A stretch of 63,935 nt of DNA, filler included, from Choristocarpus tenellus KU-1152 (taxonomy: Eukaryota > Protista > Phaeophyceae), in NCBI GenBank assembly GCA_964200185.2. It is 12 parts of 12 records of this genome, joined end to end, with 100 filler letters (N's around TTAATTAATTAA, not from the genome) between each part and the next. Parts side by side here need not be neighbours in the genome. Positions count along the whole stretch, not along the records: positions 26,302 to 29,321 come from CAXNAD020022887.1; positions 29,422 to 33,188 come from CAXNAD020018052.1; positions 33,289 to 41,025 come from CAXNAD020005658.1; 9 more parts are not named here. The stretch is one strand, 5' to 3'. Positions 27,899 through 40,939 of this stretch are shown in pieces. A model generated the notes under the pieces. It was given only the letters and a program-made list of their open reading frames with translations. It was not told the origin of the DNA and searched no databases. The position numbers and the translations under genes were made by a program. Numbering within the stretch: the stretch's first letter is position 1; every line of letters starts with the position of its first letter.

Positions 27899-28979
27899 TC
27901 AATGTAGCAGGTTAGACTCCGCTGCCTCCCGCATGAAATCCTCTAGAGATGCTGGGGCAGTCTGCAGTAGGTCTTCAATGCGGCCCTTTACATGCCCGAT
28001 GATCTTTTCCACAAAAATAAAAAACATGGAGAAATAGGAGAGATAGGAGTGAGAGCGTGTGGCTTAATAAACAACTTCAATAAAAATTGCCATTTAAACA
28101 GTAGAATACATGTGTATGTACCACACCACATACTAGCTATCTTCCACGGTCTGAGGCTCACACAAAAGGTACTTGCATCCTCTGCACTCATAATCTTTGA
28201 GACTCTCAGAAATAGAATCCAACCTACTGCCGGTCATGTCCACTACACATACACAAAGGCATACACTCACATTTCCAAACTGATCTCGGCTTGCCTTTCG
28301 GCTCGTCCAAACATGGTCAAGCAACCCAAAGGCCATGCAAAAGATCTGCTCTCCATGGAAAGTGCAACAGATAGGGTTGATGGCAGATGGAGGCAAGAGA
28401 GTCAACGGAAAATACTCGAAAAAGGGCGGAAAGGACCACGGTGGTTAAGGGGTGCTGTATACGATTAGCTGGAGATGACTATAGTGTTTGGGGCAAGAGG
28501 TGTACCCAATACATTATTGAGGACTAATGGCAACATTTGGAGAGGGGCACAGAATGTCTTTGCCCTGCAGGACGGACGACAACGATATCAACACGAAAAA
28601 AGAAATAATGAAGCATACTTTAAGAATGAGCCACTTTTTCAAAACCCCAACACTGTACAAACTACTACGTACAGTAACCAACACCACGGAGGAAAAACAG
28701 ATCATATCATCACACCACTCCCGCTGCCCCCCCCCCCCCCCCCAACCACCAACAAAAAAAAAACACAAACACAAACCCCACACTCACCCCACACCNNNNN
28801 NNNNNCCCAAATAAACAGAAGAAAGCTTACCTCAAAATAGACCCGTTCGTGCTCAAACACCCCCCAGTGAGGGGATCGACTCATAGCAAACCGGTGCAAC
28901 CTCAGCTCCAATACATCAGCCAGCATCAGGGTGAGGTTATTGGCCACCACCGCCCACGGGTACTTATTTGTGCCACGTC
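27899..28979 (-). CDS. ELMO/CED-12 domain protein, last three exons (28979-28831, 28345-28271, 28003-27899)
   Basis: Spliced product: KYPWAVVANNLTLMLADVLEL...VYFE / IFCMAFGLLDHVWTSRKASRDQFGN / IIGHVKGRIEDLLQTAPASLEDFMREAAESNLLH*. It matches the ELMO-domain YPFAVxxINxT and LFCxxFxxLDxxW motifs. Splice sites are canonical and phases agree. Confidence 0.85.
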
Positions 28980-30266
28980 CTGATTGAGTATCGCAGAGTC
29001 GCCGTGCCTTCCATGGTGCCAGAAGGCGTATTCCATCAATATATTGAGAAAGTTAGAGGGGGTACAAAGCAAGGTCCGCAATTGTGCACATTTTTTTTAA
29101 AATTAATTTTCTTGCTTTAATGAAAATTAATAAAAGAGGTTGCAACCCGTACGGGCTTTGTGTGGGCCACATGACAACGTCGTGTTACCTTTTTAAAGCA
29201 CTCAAGTACTCCTCTACGTGTTTTTCATTCTGGAATGGGGGGGGGGGGGGGGGGGAGGAGAAATTAAAAAAGGGAAAAATTGAAGAACTTTTTTTGTAAG
29301 GGGAGTGGTGTAAAAAAAAAANNNNNNNNNNNNNNNNNNNNNNNNNNNNNNNNNNNNNNNNNNNNTTAATTAATTAANNNNNNNNNNNNNNNNNNNNNNN
29401 NNNNNNNNNNNNNNNNNNNNNCCATCCTCATAGTCCTGCACCATCCTCAATTTTGAGAAATCCCTGTTGAAGACTGCTTGCTTTCTCACACTACAAATAT
29501 TCAATCCAATGTATAGGTGCTGTGCCTTAAAATCGAGACTGAGTTGAAGAAGATGGTGACTGAGGACAACTAACTCTCTGAGGTGCTAGGGACGACCTCC
29601 GCAACCCTGTCTTCCTTTGGAGGAGGATGAGGAACCTCAAGCAAAAAGAAAAGTGGTTGAAGGGGGAGACCTCTGATGGCGATGAAAGCAATCAACACTT
29701 CAGCATGACTAACCTACTCAAGGTGGGTGATATCGAAATCAGAAAAGTGGGGTGATGAGGGGCCGTCCTTCAGAGATGGAGGCAGGGCAAGTGCTCACAA
29801 GAGGGCACAGTTAGATATAGTATTATCATTGCTAGTAGTAGTAGTAGCTCTTGTTCTGCTTTCAGTCTGGAACTTCACTACTACCTCCACCCTACCTGGG
29901 TCAGATGGTAATGCCGAACTACAAATGTCTATCCTAGGAACTAGCTATTGTACTACAAATAATTGCGCCGAGCCATACACATTGCATAATAATTACATTA
30001 TACTAAAGTGGTGGTCATCAGATGCTTAGTGTATTTACCTGCGGCACGAAAGGCTTCTCACAGAGTCAGACAGGAAGCATTGTATTCCTCCTATACGTCC
30101 CCGTCCATGCCCACTCTCTCTAGGAAATTCAACACTAGTCTCTTGCCGTGGGAGGGAATGGCAACTGATTCAATATTTCCACCCTTACCACGTGTAACAT
30201 GAAAATACAACACCATAAGCACATGCAGTACAAAAAGTGCCAGACAATCCTTGCGTTCCTAAGGGT

Positions 30267-30283
30267 GGTGTTGAGTAAACACC
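30267..30283 (-). promoter_or_regulatory. Histone 3' stem-loop-like element of H2A
   Basis: Minus strand GGTGTT-TACTC-AACACC followed by ACCC, about 60 nt after the stop codon. Confidence 0.7.
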
Positions 30284-30340
30284 AGGTTGGTGGTCAGTCC
30301 TGGAGGAAACCCCGACTCTATTCGTGATAAGGACAAAAAA

Positions 30341-30718
30341 CTAAGCCTTCTTCGCAGACTTCTTAGGCAGAAGAACAGCATGGATGTTAGGCAACACCCC
30401 GCCAGATGCGATGGTAACCTCACCGAGCAACTTGTTTAGCTCCTCGTCGTTGCGGACAGCTAGTTGGATGTGGCGGGGAACGATGCGAGCCTTCTTATTG
30501 TCACGAGCAGCATTGCCAGCCAGCTCGAGCACCTCGGCTGTCAGGTACTCTAGAACAGCGGCGAGGTACACAGGAGCACCGGCTCCAACACGAGTCGCAT
30601 ACTTACCCTGCTTAAGGAATCGGCCAACGCGGCCAACAGGAAACTGAAGTCCAGCCTTAGCTGACCTTGAAGTAGACTTCTTGGTGTCACCACGTCCGCC
30701 CTTTCCCTTGCCAGACAT
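30341..30718 (-). CDS. H2A: Histone H2A (125 aa, intronless, intact)
   Basis: [10 protein letters not shown]...[15 protein letters not shown]...[26 protein letters not shown]...[10 protein letters not shown]...[15 protein letters not shown]. The ATG is at 30718-30716. There is no SQ(E/D) tail, so it is not H2A.X. Confidence 0.98.
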   Translation of the reverse strand: MSGKGKGGRGDTKKSTSRSAKAGLQFPVGRVGRFLKQGKYATRVGAGAPVYLAAVLEYLTAEVLELAGNAARDNKKARIVPRHIQLAVRNDEELNKLLGEVTIASGGVLPNIHAVLLPKKSAKKA

Positions 30719-31039
30719 ATTTTGTTGGTTGATGAGCGCAAGTAAGGTTTTCAAATTCCTGGGTCTTTGGGACTTTGTAAGTCGTGATGGGTGTGTGGGT
30801 TGGGGTGGTGATCTGGTAAATTCCAAATGGCAGAACGAAGTTAATTGGGGGAGGCTGATTTTGAAATAGCGTTGAATGATTGGCTGAGAATTGAATATCG
30901 CCATCGGATTGACTAAGACGAAATGTGGAGCACGAAAAGGAACTTCTACCCATGATTCAATAATCATGATTTACCAAGTCCCCAACCCCCCACACAACTC
31001 CATTTCTCCAAATTCCTTTGTCCACCCTACCCTGAAACC
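30719..31039. promoter_or_regulatory. Bidirectional H2A/H2B promoter region
   Basis: 321 bp between the divergent ATGs, with a central CCAAT box (ATTGG at 30879-30883). Confidence 0.6.
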
Positions 31040-31390
31040 ATGGCCAAGACACCCTCCAAGAAGTCTGCTAAGGCCCCCAAGAAGGCCGGTGAGAAGAAGA
31101 ACAAGAGCAAGCGCACAGAATAATACAGCTCATACATCTACAAGGTGCTGAAGCAGGTCCACCCTGATACTGGTATCTCTAAGAGGGGCATGTCGATCAT
31201 GAACTATTTCATCAATGACATGTTCGAGCGTGTAGCGAGCGAGTCTGGTCGCCTGACCCGCTACGACAAAAAGGCAACTCTCTCTTCTCATGAGGTGCAG
31301 ACGGCTGTGCGCCTGATGCTCCCAGGTGAGCTCGCTAAGCACGCTGTATCTGAGGGTACGAAGGCTGTCACCAAGTTCACTTCATCCTAA
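31040..31390 (+). pseudogene. H2B: Histone H2B with premature stop
   Basis: [54 protein letters not shown]...[23 protein letters not shown]. In-frame TAA at 31121-31123, plus changes at conserved sites (NSF to NYF, YNKK to YDKK, SSRE to SSHE). Confidence 0.93.
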
Positions 31391-31455
31391 TTCGTGGTAA
31401 GTCGAAGTGCCAGAACTTCCTTAGAGATGGCACCCTCAGAAAACTTGAACAATCT

Positions 31456-31471
31456 GGTGTTTATCGACACC
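31456..31471 (+). promoter_or_regulatory. Histone 3' stem-loop-like element of H2B
   Basis: GGTGTT-TATC-GACACC followed by ACCA. It has 6-4-6 geometry and lies about 65 nt after the stop codon. Confidence 0.72.
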
Positions 31472-31733
31472 ACCAATCTCACGAGGAAGTGTTCTTGACC
31501 TGATTTCTAGTTTCAATTTCTTCTTAGCTTGTTTTACAGTTACCACTTGGAATCGACTGGCCTGAAGCGAATTGCATTACGAGGCACTCCTAGGTACAAG
31601 GATGAAGTTATATTTGCATTGGTACTCCTTCCTTGTCCAAACTGTTTTTAGGTTGTAGGTCGATATTGTTTATTGTTCTGCGTCCATGTTCCTACAGGTG
31701 GATGGTAGATTTTTGATGGTTCACTTCTACAAG

Positions 31734-31961
31734 GGGTCAGGCTCTTCAGCGTGGAGGAGTCCGTTTGGGGGCCAAAGTCCAATGTAGCTATTTTGATGTA
31801 ATTTTGGCTATCCTTTTTCTGGACACACCTTTTCATAACGGTACACCTTTTATTTACTCCCAAAAAATTCGGGGTAGGAAAATGTCATAAATATCGCATG
31901 GGAAACTACTCCCAAAATGGAGAAACAGGGCAAAAATCATACCCTCTAAAAATACTAACTC
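31734..31961. mobile_element. MITE family A, degenerate copy
   Basis: TTTGGGGGCCAAAGTCCAATG...TTTTGATGTAATTTTGGCTATC...ACCCTCTAAAAATACT. Confidence 0.8.
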
Positions 31962-33312
31962 ACAATCCCCCTTACCACACTGTGTGTCCAAGTTTCCTTT
32001 GTGCTAGGACGTTCATTGAGGACACTCTTGTGTGTAAGGTAAAAGAACTAGTACTCACACTGTCTTCAAAAACACAACAGTTTAGGAGAGGTGATTACTG
32101 GTTTAATATTACGTGACTTTTTTGAGGTAGAGAATTGAAGGAATCCCGATTGATCCGTGAACCATGAAAATGAGGTTTTGTGTATATGATGCTTGAGGAA
32201 GGGTATTAGTTACTATAGAATTTAAGTTAAAGGTGAAGCACAATTGATTGAGCATACACATGCTAGATGCAAGTTAATTAAGATTTAGCCTCACCTGGCC
32301 AAGAGTTGCTCAAGCATATCATAATATAATACACCCTTGACTGGAAAAAATATTTGAGGAAGAGGATATCCCCGTGTACATCACTTGTAGTTTACAACTA
32401 TCCTGGGACAACATAGACCTGTTTGGGAATGGTGACTTAAGTTGCGAATTATATATCTAAGGGAAATGTAAAAAAGCATACTCTACATGAGAAAGTTTCA
32501 ACCGTTTATATTCAACACCTCCGTAATAAGTGAGAGAAATACATATTTCCCAAACTCGATCCTACTTTATCAAAAAGTAGTGAAGGATATGGGGACTGCT
32601 TCCATGCCTCAAGTGACCAAAGAACATACAGAAAAAATAGAAGACTGCTTCATGAAGTTCATTCGTATGAAGGCATTGAGGATATTCATAGCCAGAATTT
32701 TGAACAAAATCTGAACCTACACTGTACGTTACTACTCCCACAATATGACCGTGTTGATTTTGATGCTTGATGTTTTTGAGGCCATTACGGAAATCTAAGG
32801 AGAGTAATTGGGCACATTACAACTGTCCAAATATGACCCAACACAATTCGATGCCACATTTTGACCCTAAGCAAGAAGTACAACTGAGGCATCCAAGGTT
32901 CCCCAATCCCTTGTCTGTGCCTGGAATTGAAGTCGAACATGATGTCGAAAAACAGTACCATACCACAATCATAATTACCTTTTAAAATACCCATTGACGG
33001 ATAGTAATCACTTATGTACAGGTGAGTCATTCCATTGAGGAAAAAATAGTGGCAAAAGGCGATAGTTGACGGATTAAGAGGACTTCTTTGCTACTGGGTG
33101 GTGTTGAGAAAACACCAGATTTTGAAGGAAGGTAAAAACCGCGTATGAGAATTAAAATCACTTCAGAAACTTTGGACGCTCCAACCTTNNNNNNNNNNNN
33201 NNNNNNNNNNNNNNNNNNNNNNNNNNNNNNNNTTAATTAATTAANNNNNNNNNNNNNNNNNNNNNNNNNNNNNNNNNNNNNNNNNNNNCGATAGAGTTGG
33301 AAGAGTCCAATC

Positions 33313-33474
33313 GAACAGGGGGGGTCTACACCAGGTTGTCCATTAGGACCAAAATCAGGAAAAGTGCATCTATAGTATCCATCCAGCATATGCAACCAAG
33401 TAACCCAAAAATCGCGACATATAAAAATTGACCCCAAATGGACAGCTGCCACCCCCTCCCAGATACTTTGAGCC
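33313..33474. mobile_element. MITE family B copy (opposite orientation to 51691-51868)
   Basis: GGGGTCTACACCAGG...AAATTGACCCCAAATGGACAGCTGCCACCCCCTCCCAGATACTTTGAGCC. Confidence 0.85.
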
Positions 33475-36400
33475 TCGTCTCAAAAGAAGGTTGGACAAAA
33501 CAAACCAGTTAAGTATGCTCGAATCGATATCATGTGCATGAGCAATGGAGAGGAGGTTGTGGTCATGGAATTCAAGGGGTAGGGTGAGAGGTTCGAGGAG
33601 GGAGAGCCAGACAGGTGGGAGCAGCTCAACCCTTATTGTCAAATCTCATCCAAAAAGCGGCAACAATGGAGGCTCAGTGGCAACACAAGAACAGAGAGGT
33701 TGAGGTCGGAGAGAAGTGTGGAGGCAACAATGACCGAGACACATCCATTCCACCGGTTGCTCACAAACTATCAAGTTCCTACAGCAAAAAGAGGACAGGT
33801 TCACGATGAAAAGGTCAATACCTCATCAAGAAATGTCTAGGGTAAGAACACCTCAGACAGCTCTAGGTGAAAATTGTGAAGCATTCTCAGGGCGTAGGGA
33901 AGGAGGAAGAGGGGAAGAAGCCTTGTGCAAAGAAGGCGAAAGATTACATGACTGTGGAGGAATAAGACACGGAGGAGACTCTGGCAAAGAAAGCAAAGCA
34001 CTCTCCAGCTGCTGAAGTCATGGATCGACAAACCGAGGCACTTCCTGCAAACAAGGGGGAAGATCCTTCGGCTCGGGGAACTGAAGTTTCTGAACAGCGG
34101 ATACATATTGCAAATGGGAAGGATAATTCAGGCAACGTACATTGTTCCTCCAAAATATTTTTAATCCTATATAAAGACAGAAATTGAGAAGAATTTGGAT
34201 AACTATGCAGATCCAAAGCGGGAATCAATTAAAAAAGGCCAGAGGGCCTTTGGGAACAACGGTAGCAGTGATGGACTTACTGATATTGGTGGGGACCCCC
34301 AAGGAATCACCCCCTTCAGAATGAAAAGATGGTGAGATAACTTACGGATTTACTAACACTTTCTCCATGATTGCCCGACTTCCCTAATGGAATCAAGCAC
34401 CAGTATGAACAACAATGGAGGAGTGGGCAAGAACAAAGCCAAACCGACGATTAATATCGATAGATAGGTCATTTTTTAACATGGATATACTCTTGTAAAC
34501 TTCGGCAAGTCTACCTAACAATAACTAATCTAGCAAGGGTTTCCTACCTCAATGGGTATTCGACCCCCATTAACTTCTTGCAATGTCCACGATATTTGCA
34601 AGCACCATGGGACATTGATTCCTATCTCAAAAAACTTACACCTACTCTGAGATTTTAGTTCACTCTTTTCCTGCTCCTACTCATCATGTCCTTCCAATGT
34701 CAGTTCTACCACACTTAAAAACTACAACCAAAACATGTGCTGTTCCAAATGTGATCTGCATAATAGTCCTTCAAAATAAAAGAAATACACACCAGTTGTA
34801 AATAGGCACAAAGGGGGGTAAAATTAAAAGGCGACTTTAGATAAAGAAAACGCCCATCTATCCTCAGTGTTCACTAAAACAACATGAAAATCACAACATT
34901 GTCAAAAAGGTCCTGAATGGATGCCTGACACTCTCTAGGATACTATGAGCCTGAGTAATGCTTCGTGACACACTGTATCCAATGTATTAGGATTTGTAGT
35001 TTTATGACCACATAGACATCCAGTCATGCTTCTGCATGTGATGTGACAGATATTGGATAACCAAGTAACCGAAGATTTTTAACATGGGTGTCCTGATAAT
35101 GAACTAAAGTCAATCGAACTGCCACTGCTCAAAAATGTAAAACTTGAAACTATGGTTCTCTTCACTGAATCTCCCCGTATCTCAGCTCACTTCTCCTGCT
35201 AATGAGGAATATTGTCAAAAGCTATCATGATGACGATGTGGTCATTTAAGACAAAGAATTGGAAGTCATGTTCAGAGAGTATTGGTACCAAGGTAACATC
35301 CAGTCATTATGGTTAGTCCAGATTGTGTAGGCCGTGTAATCGATGCCATCATACAAGGCGCCAATCCACTCCTTATCAACCAATTCATTTGCTCGATGTT
35401 TAAGGGCAGCTGCCACCTAGATGCATATAAATAGAGAAAGAGGGAGCAAGTGCAAGGGAGAATAGGGTTAGGTATTAACACGTTCGTGTATGCATGCTCA
35501 CACTCACTCTTCCTTAGCATTATGCACTAAGACATACTTATCGGGGTGGTTATCAAGTTAACTAGACGGACATGTGATACCATAAACAAAGGCACGTTGC
35601 AAAAGTTTTGCTTCCAGCTTCATAGTGCAAGTGCCAATGGTCCACAAATTCGAGAGTCCACTAATCCATGAGTGCATAGAGTTCAACCTAAGAAAGGAAT
35701 AGGCTACAAACAAACACCAAACAGTATCAACAACAAAAAGGAGTGCTGCTAATGCTGTAGAACAAATGTGTGCACTACAAAAATGACAAGAATTGACGAC
35801 TGGCAAAATCATCCCTTTAAAGCACCTTACTTTATTCCTCCATTAGCATGCAATCTTGATTTCAAAAAATCGACTATGGTGGAAAACTACATTTGTGCCA
35901 TACTTTTGAAAAATGCCCTTCAAGATACGATGTGAAGGTTGATTAGGAAAACGTCAGTGGATGTAGTGACCAAGAAAGATACAATGGCTGTACCTGCCAA
36001 TGTCCATAACACGGTTGATACAAACCTAGCCCATTTACTAAAATATTTTACCAATGCATGGAGGGCTCTGCTAGTGCAGTGGTGTGCAAGTGATCAAGTT
36101 CAAACAAGGTTTCCGAGGGCTTTGGAAGATCAGGAAAAGGGCATGGAAATAGCTGTACACAATCCCCAAACATTATTTCCTCCGTCCGGATTAAAAACAA
36201 GTGTAACATAACTTTTGCAACCTCCGTTCTCACATGGGAACGAACCGCATGATAAACCCTCTAAGCGAGGCTTAGTTCTCACATAAATTGGGAGGCATGA
36301 AAAGTCTGAGATTGTGGGCTGCCATGACTCTGGAGCACCACCAGTGCAGAATCGTCCAGGTCGCATTCGACAGGAGCACAAAACCTCATGAAACTGTCAA

Positions 36401-36829
36401 ACTGTGTTATTATTGGGAAGACTATAACTAAGGACCCCCGTCGTTCAAGCAACTCGCTCATCCCGTCATTGCCCAACGGTCCCAATTCTTCGGTTCAGAA
36501 GTCTGTCCGGGGTCAGAACTCAGGACTAACACCCTGTCGAAGAACAGCGTGGTGGCAGAATGCTCGGAGGACAGAGGGTGCAAGACTTAGATGATTAGGG
36601 GCATGGTGGCAGTCATTGCGGAGGACTACAGAATTTCTCAAATCACTGTATTCCCTTGTCCGAGATTGCAACAGGCGAATATATGGACCTTGTGCTACGT
36701 TGCAGGGGGGGATGTGGTCGCCATTCAAGTATCTTAACGCGTGGGAAATCTCATAGGTACACCACAAAAATGGGCGGCCAAACCTAGAGTCTCCCTCACC
36801 TCATGCAGCATCTGTGCAAGCAGAATGTG

Positions 36830-37135
36830 AAGGGTGCATGTGGATGATTAGTGGGTTTACGTCCTCAAAGATGGGCAAGGTGGATACCACCACCCCGCTG
36901 AAGACCCCCCCAATACCCCACAGGCACAGAATAAGTGTTACACTATGAAGGTGGTGTTCCTTGCAGCTGCGGCCCACCCTAGGAAAATCTTCAACAGTGT
37001 GTGGTTTGATGGGACAATCGGTATCTGTCCAATCATGGATACAAAGATCGCTCAGCTGTCCAGCAAACACAGCCCTTAGGCCACCAAGGTGCTAGTGCCA
37101 GCCACAGTGGACGGCCAGGGGTATAAGAAGAGCAT
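36830..37135 (+). mobile_element. Second DD39D-like mariner transposase fragment
   Basis: VHVDD*WVYV...QNKCYTMKVVFLAAAAHPR...WFDGTIGICPIM...AQLSSKH matches the plant-MLE core KVMFLxAVARPR...FDGKIGIWP...AxRSSKNR. Confidence 0.82.
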
Positions 37136-38924
37136 AATTGGGTATCTGGCAGAGCCTGTTCGCAGTCTACGGTGAAGTGCTGGCATCCGAGGTTGACAAC
37201 CGGGCATTTTCACTGGGCCGGGCAGTTAGCATGTCCACCGTCAGCAATAATACCAATGACCAGCTTGCAGCCCAGCCGTGTTCGAACTTGGCAGTACATG
37301 GTCAACAGGTGACCCCAGTCATGGTGAGTAAGCGATGGACATGGACCATGTTGGAAAATTTCATCCATGGCCGGTCAGGTAATATTTACTTGACACTCAG
37401 GTCAGCCACATCATGGCCATGCCTCCATAATTCACTCTACTTCCATCTTTGATCCTACACTACTACTGCAAGTACTCTGAATATAAAATATATTGTACAT
37501 GATATTTATTTTGTCGTGTTCTGTTGTATTATGTTAACTATGAGATGACAAATTTTAATACAAATACAATATTGTGTAGTGAAGATGATTTGTGATTTGT
37601 ATGTGGCAACTTAACCTTAAATAGAAAGGCCAAACCAATTGACAAATGGACTTGTAGAACACTTTGTGGACATGGTTCGCACAGAAAAGAAAAAACGTGA
37701 GACTGGTCAGCCGGTGGACATGGACAAGTACAATATCCTGTGCAAAAGTTCTGGACAGGTTGAACAATACTTCTGACCTGTTCCACCTGGCAGGCATGGA
37801 CTGGGACATACGAAATAATTGTGGGACAGGTTCAGCAGGCGGATTTGGATCGGTTTATATCTAGAGGAAATGGAACAGAAAACATTAAATATTTGTGGGT
37901 CAGTCTGACCTGTGGACGGGACTTTTCTATTTGTGGGGCAACCTCCCCCCAAATGCCCTGGGGGATGCAGCTAGTGTTGGAATGGGAGTTTTGGGGGGCT
38001 TCGGGGGCAGAATCATGGATAGGTGTAGGCTGCCTGCCTCGTTTTGCTTGAGGTTTTGGTGGGTATCTTTCAGAGTCTGTACTATACACCCGTAAAATAT
38101 GAACATGTATTAAAAAAAACTTGTTTGTTCCTCGTATCTACAAAATTTATGTTACATTTAATTCCGAAAAGACGAGGTATGAAGGATGGTTGGCGTGCAG
38201 CTTAAGCAGGTGTGGGTACACCTTCCATACATGAGTTTCTTCACATCTACATCCAAAAGATGGAGAACCTTATCCAACATTGGGCCTATGCTGGTCTCTA
38301 CTATGTGACACACAGGGTGCTCTTCATTTGCCATATACATACAGTGAATCCTTTACACTACCTTTGCATAACATTACATTTTCTTCATTTCCTTCCCTTG
38401 ACTGTATCTCGACTAAGGGTCTGGGACCCCACTCAAACTCTTATGAGGAGTAATGATGGAAATAGTACCTGAAACAAAAGTCACCGCTTCCGACCATATT
38501 CATTATTATTATGTGCTGTTTGGAAATGTACATTTGTTAACAGTAGTAGACGGAGTATTAACATGTAGTCAAGTTACTTCCTGTCAATATGTCGTCTAAA
38601 ATCAGAACTGTCTTTGGAAATGAGGGTATTATTAGCTATTAAAAAGACTAAAATTATTAGACAAATTAGAGAGGTCTAACATTGACACCAATGAACAATT
38701 AGCTGCTAAAACACCACACAGTGGTGAAAAACCTAAGAAAATTTAGAAGTTTATCAAGGGCAATAATATAGTGAACACTGTTGAATACTACTAGAATACC
38801 CCACCTCAACAAGCTTCCTTCACACCAACAACCAAAGTGATCTTGGCATATCAAAGCCAACTAATAAACACCATCCATTCAACAGCTTTATTGTATGTTG
38901 TCTAATTTCTTGTGACGTTCTCAC

Positions 38925-40939
38925 CTTCGGGTAATAATCAATTATATTGATCTCTTCTCTTGGGTCATCTTTCAGATTGAATAGGTAATCACCCGGAATT
39001 TTTCCAGATTCACAACTAGCTCCACATTTGAAGCACTCCCCTTGCAACTCACAGATATCACCGCCTACCAAGGGGTCCTGGGGCGCAAGTAACAGGAAAT
39101 TTCCTTCAGAAGTATAACTTGACAAAGGAAAAGTTAAGAACTACCAGCACAGAGCTATTGCTAGAGCTACGGTTACTGCAGCATGACAAACATCCATCAA
39201 TTTCCACAATGCACAATATCCCAAACTATTCATACGCTTTGACAAGAATATTGAAGGAATAAGTTGGGGGATGTGCCTAAGCAACTTATAGTCATCTCCA
39301 TACTGTGCGCCTCAAAGCCTCTGTTCTTATTGCACAACAAAGTGTTGCTTGTTGGGGGCTGACATGCCTAAACACCTTATAATTATAATAATTGTTCTTT
39401 CATGCACAACAAGAAGAAAAATAAAATTATCCTTTCACAAAAAAACAAAACAGCAATGCTCAACTTCTGCAATCGGACCATTCTCAGACAGCTTCAAGTT
39501 ATTCCTAACAATTAAGGGCAGAACAAGAAGGAAAGTTGAAATTGTCTCACCAATATTTACTGTACATATTAATAAGTTTACACTACCGTGTAGTATATTT
39601 GAGCAACAACAACGACAGCAACAAAGGTATCCCATACATACAGGAGTAGGTGGAAGCTACATCATAATCTGCCTTTCCGGCAAGCCAATCGAACCTATCC
39701 TGACCAAATGCACAGCAAGGAAGGTGACAAATACTAAAACTTAAACTTCTTCAACAGTAGTCCCAAGCGGAAATAATCATGTGAGCAATCAACACTATTG
39801 AATTCCATCTTCAGAACCCTAAACTACAGAGCCAAATAAGTGTGTCTAACGACCTTCAACAACACTGGTCGAACTATTTCACAGTGTAATTGTAATGGAC
39901 ACGCCCTTGATTCACGCACACACTAAATGCACCATCCATAGTACTGTTACATACTATCTTATTGTGAGGAACAGAGAGGTACACAAGAGAGTCCTTACCG
40001 TGATCGTGTTGTCATAGGAATAGTATCCAGAGCACCACTCAGTGTAGATCAACTTCCAGTCACCAGACCTGAATGCTCCCTTTGCTGGCCGGAAAAGTAA
40101 CCTTCGAGCAAGAGAAGGGATAACCAAACATCTTACCATACTTCGCCATATATAGGAGTACAGGAAGGACATCAAGAGACCCTCACAGTTTTGCAAGACT
40201 TGAGCTATAGAGCTATTCTATCAAGGCACACAAGTACAGAGCCTATCACATCATCACTCTTCGTTGTAGTAGTACTAAACCGGCAGAAATTCTTGACCAC
40301 TGCACAAAAAACCCTTACACAACCCTGCAACAGACGCACCAACCTCCTCACAGTTGGAGAGAGGCCTCGCCTTTCAGTACTACGTACCCTCTGATTGATA
40401 GGGTTCGGGTTATGGTTATGATTGGTGGATTCACAACAAGGAACGCAACACAAAGAAACATAATAATCAAAATGTAGATTTACAGTAAGAGCAGTACATC
40501 GGGTATTGTTATTGTTAAAATTATATTTGTTATTAGACGTATAGAACAAACATAACTATGAAAACAAAAGGGTAAAAGAGAAATACTCAAAGGAGGCAAG
40601 GTGGTACCAAAAAAAATTCACCTACACCAGTGTAACAACCACGGCAAAACAAGCACAAATCTTTTTCTGCGTAATTTCTCACTATGAAAATCAACACCCA
40701 TGTTGTATGCACAGGAAAGACTACCACCAATAATGACCCAAGTCATTAACCCAGTGGGATGACATAATGCTTTGTGCCTTCAGTCCTAACCACAACCCGA
40801 TTTAACTCACATATCCTGATCATCGTCCCACTCGTACTCATCCCAATTGTAGAGCAGTTCACTACGAGGGTCCATGTACACGTCATCTGATGGACGGTAA
40901 TCAAAAGGCCACTGGTCCACACCATCCAGATCACCAGCC
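38925..40939 (-). CDS. Arylsulfatase (ARSB/I/J-like S1 sulfatase), three C-terminal-half exons (40939-40811, 40101-39999, 39077-38925)
   Basis: Spliced in phase: AGDLDGVDQWP...PRSELLYNWD... / LLFRPAKGAFRSGDWKLIY... / ...DYLFNLKDDPREEINIIDYYPK. These match the LDGxDxW, PRxELL, AxRxGDWKL and LFNLxxDPxE motifs. The catalytic N-terminus is not in this contig. Confidence 0.88.

Noticed and set aside
30719-30967. 83-aa N-terminal extension on H2A in the ORF track
   Set aside because: It runs through the shared promoter. The canonical start MSGKGK is at 30718.
31121-31123. Stop-codon reassignment or readthrough in H2B
   Set aside because: The same gene ends normally in TAA and carries other damaging substitutions, so a pseudogene is the simpler explanation.
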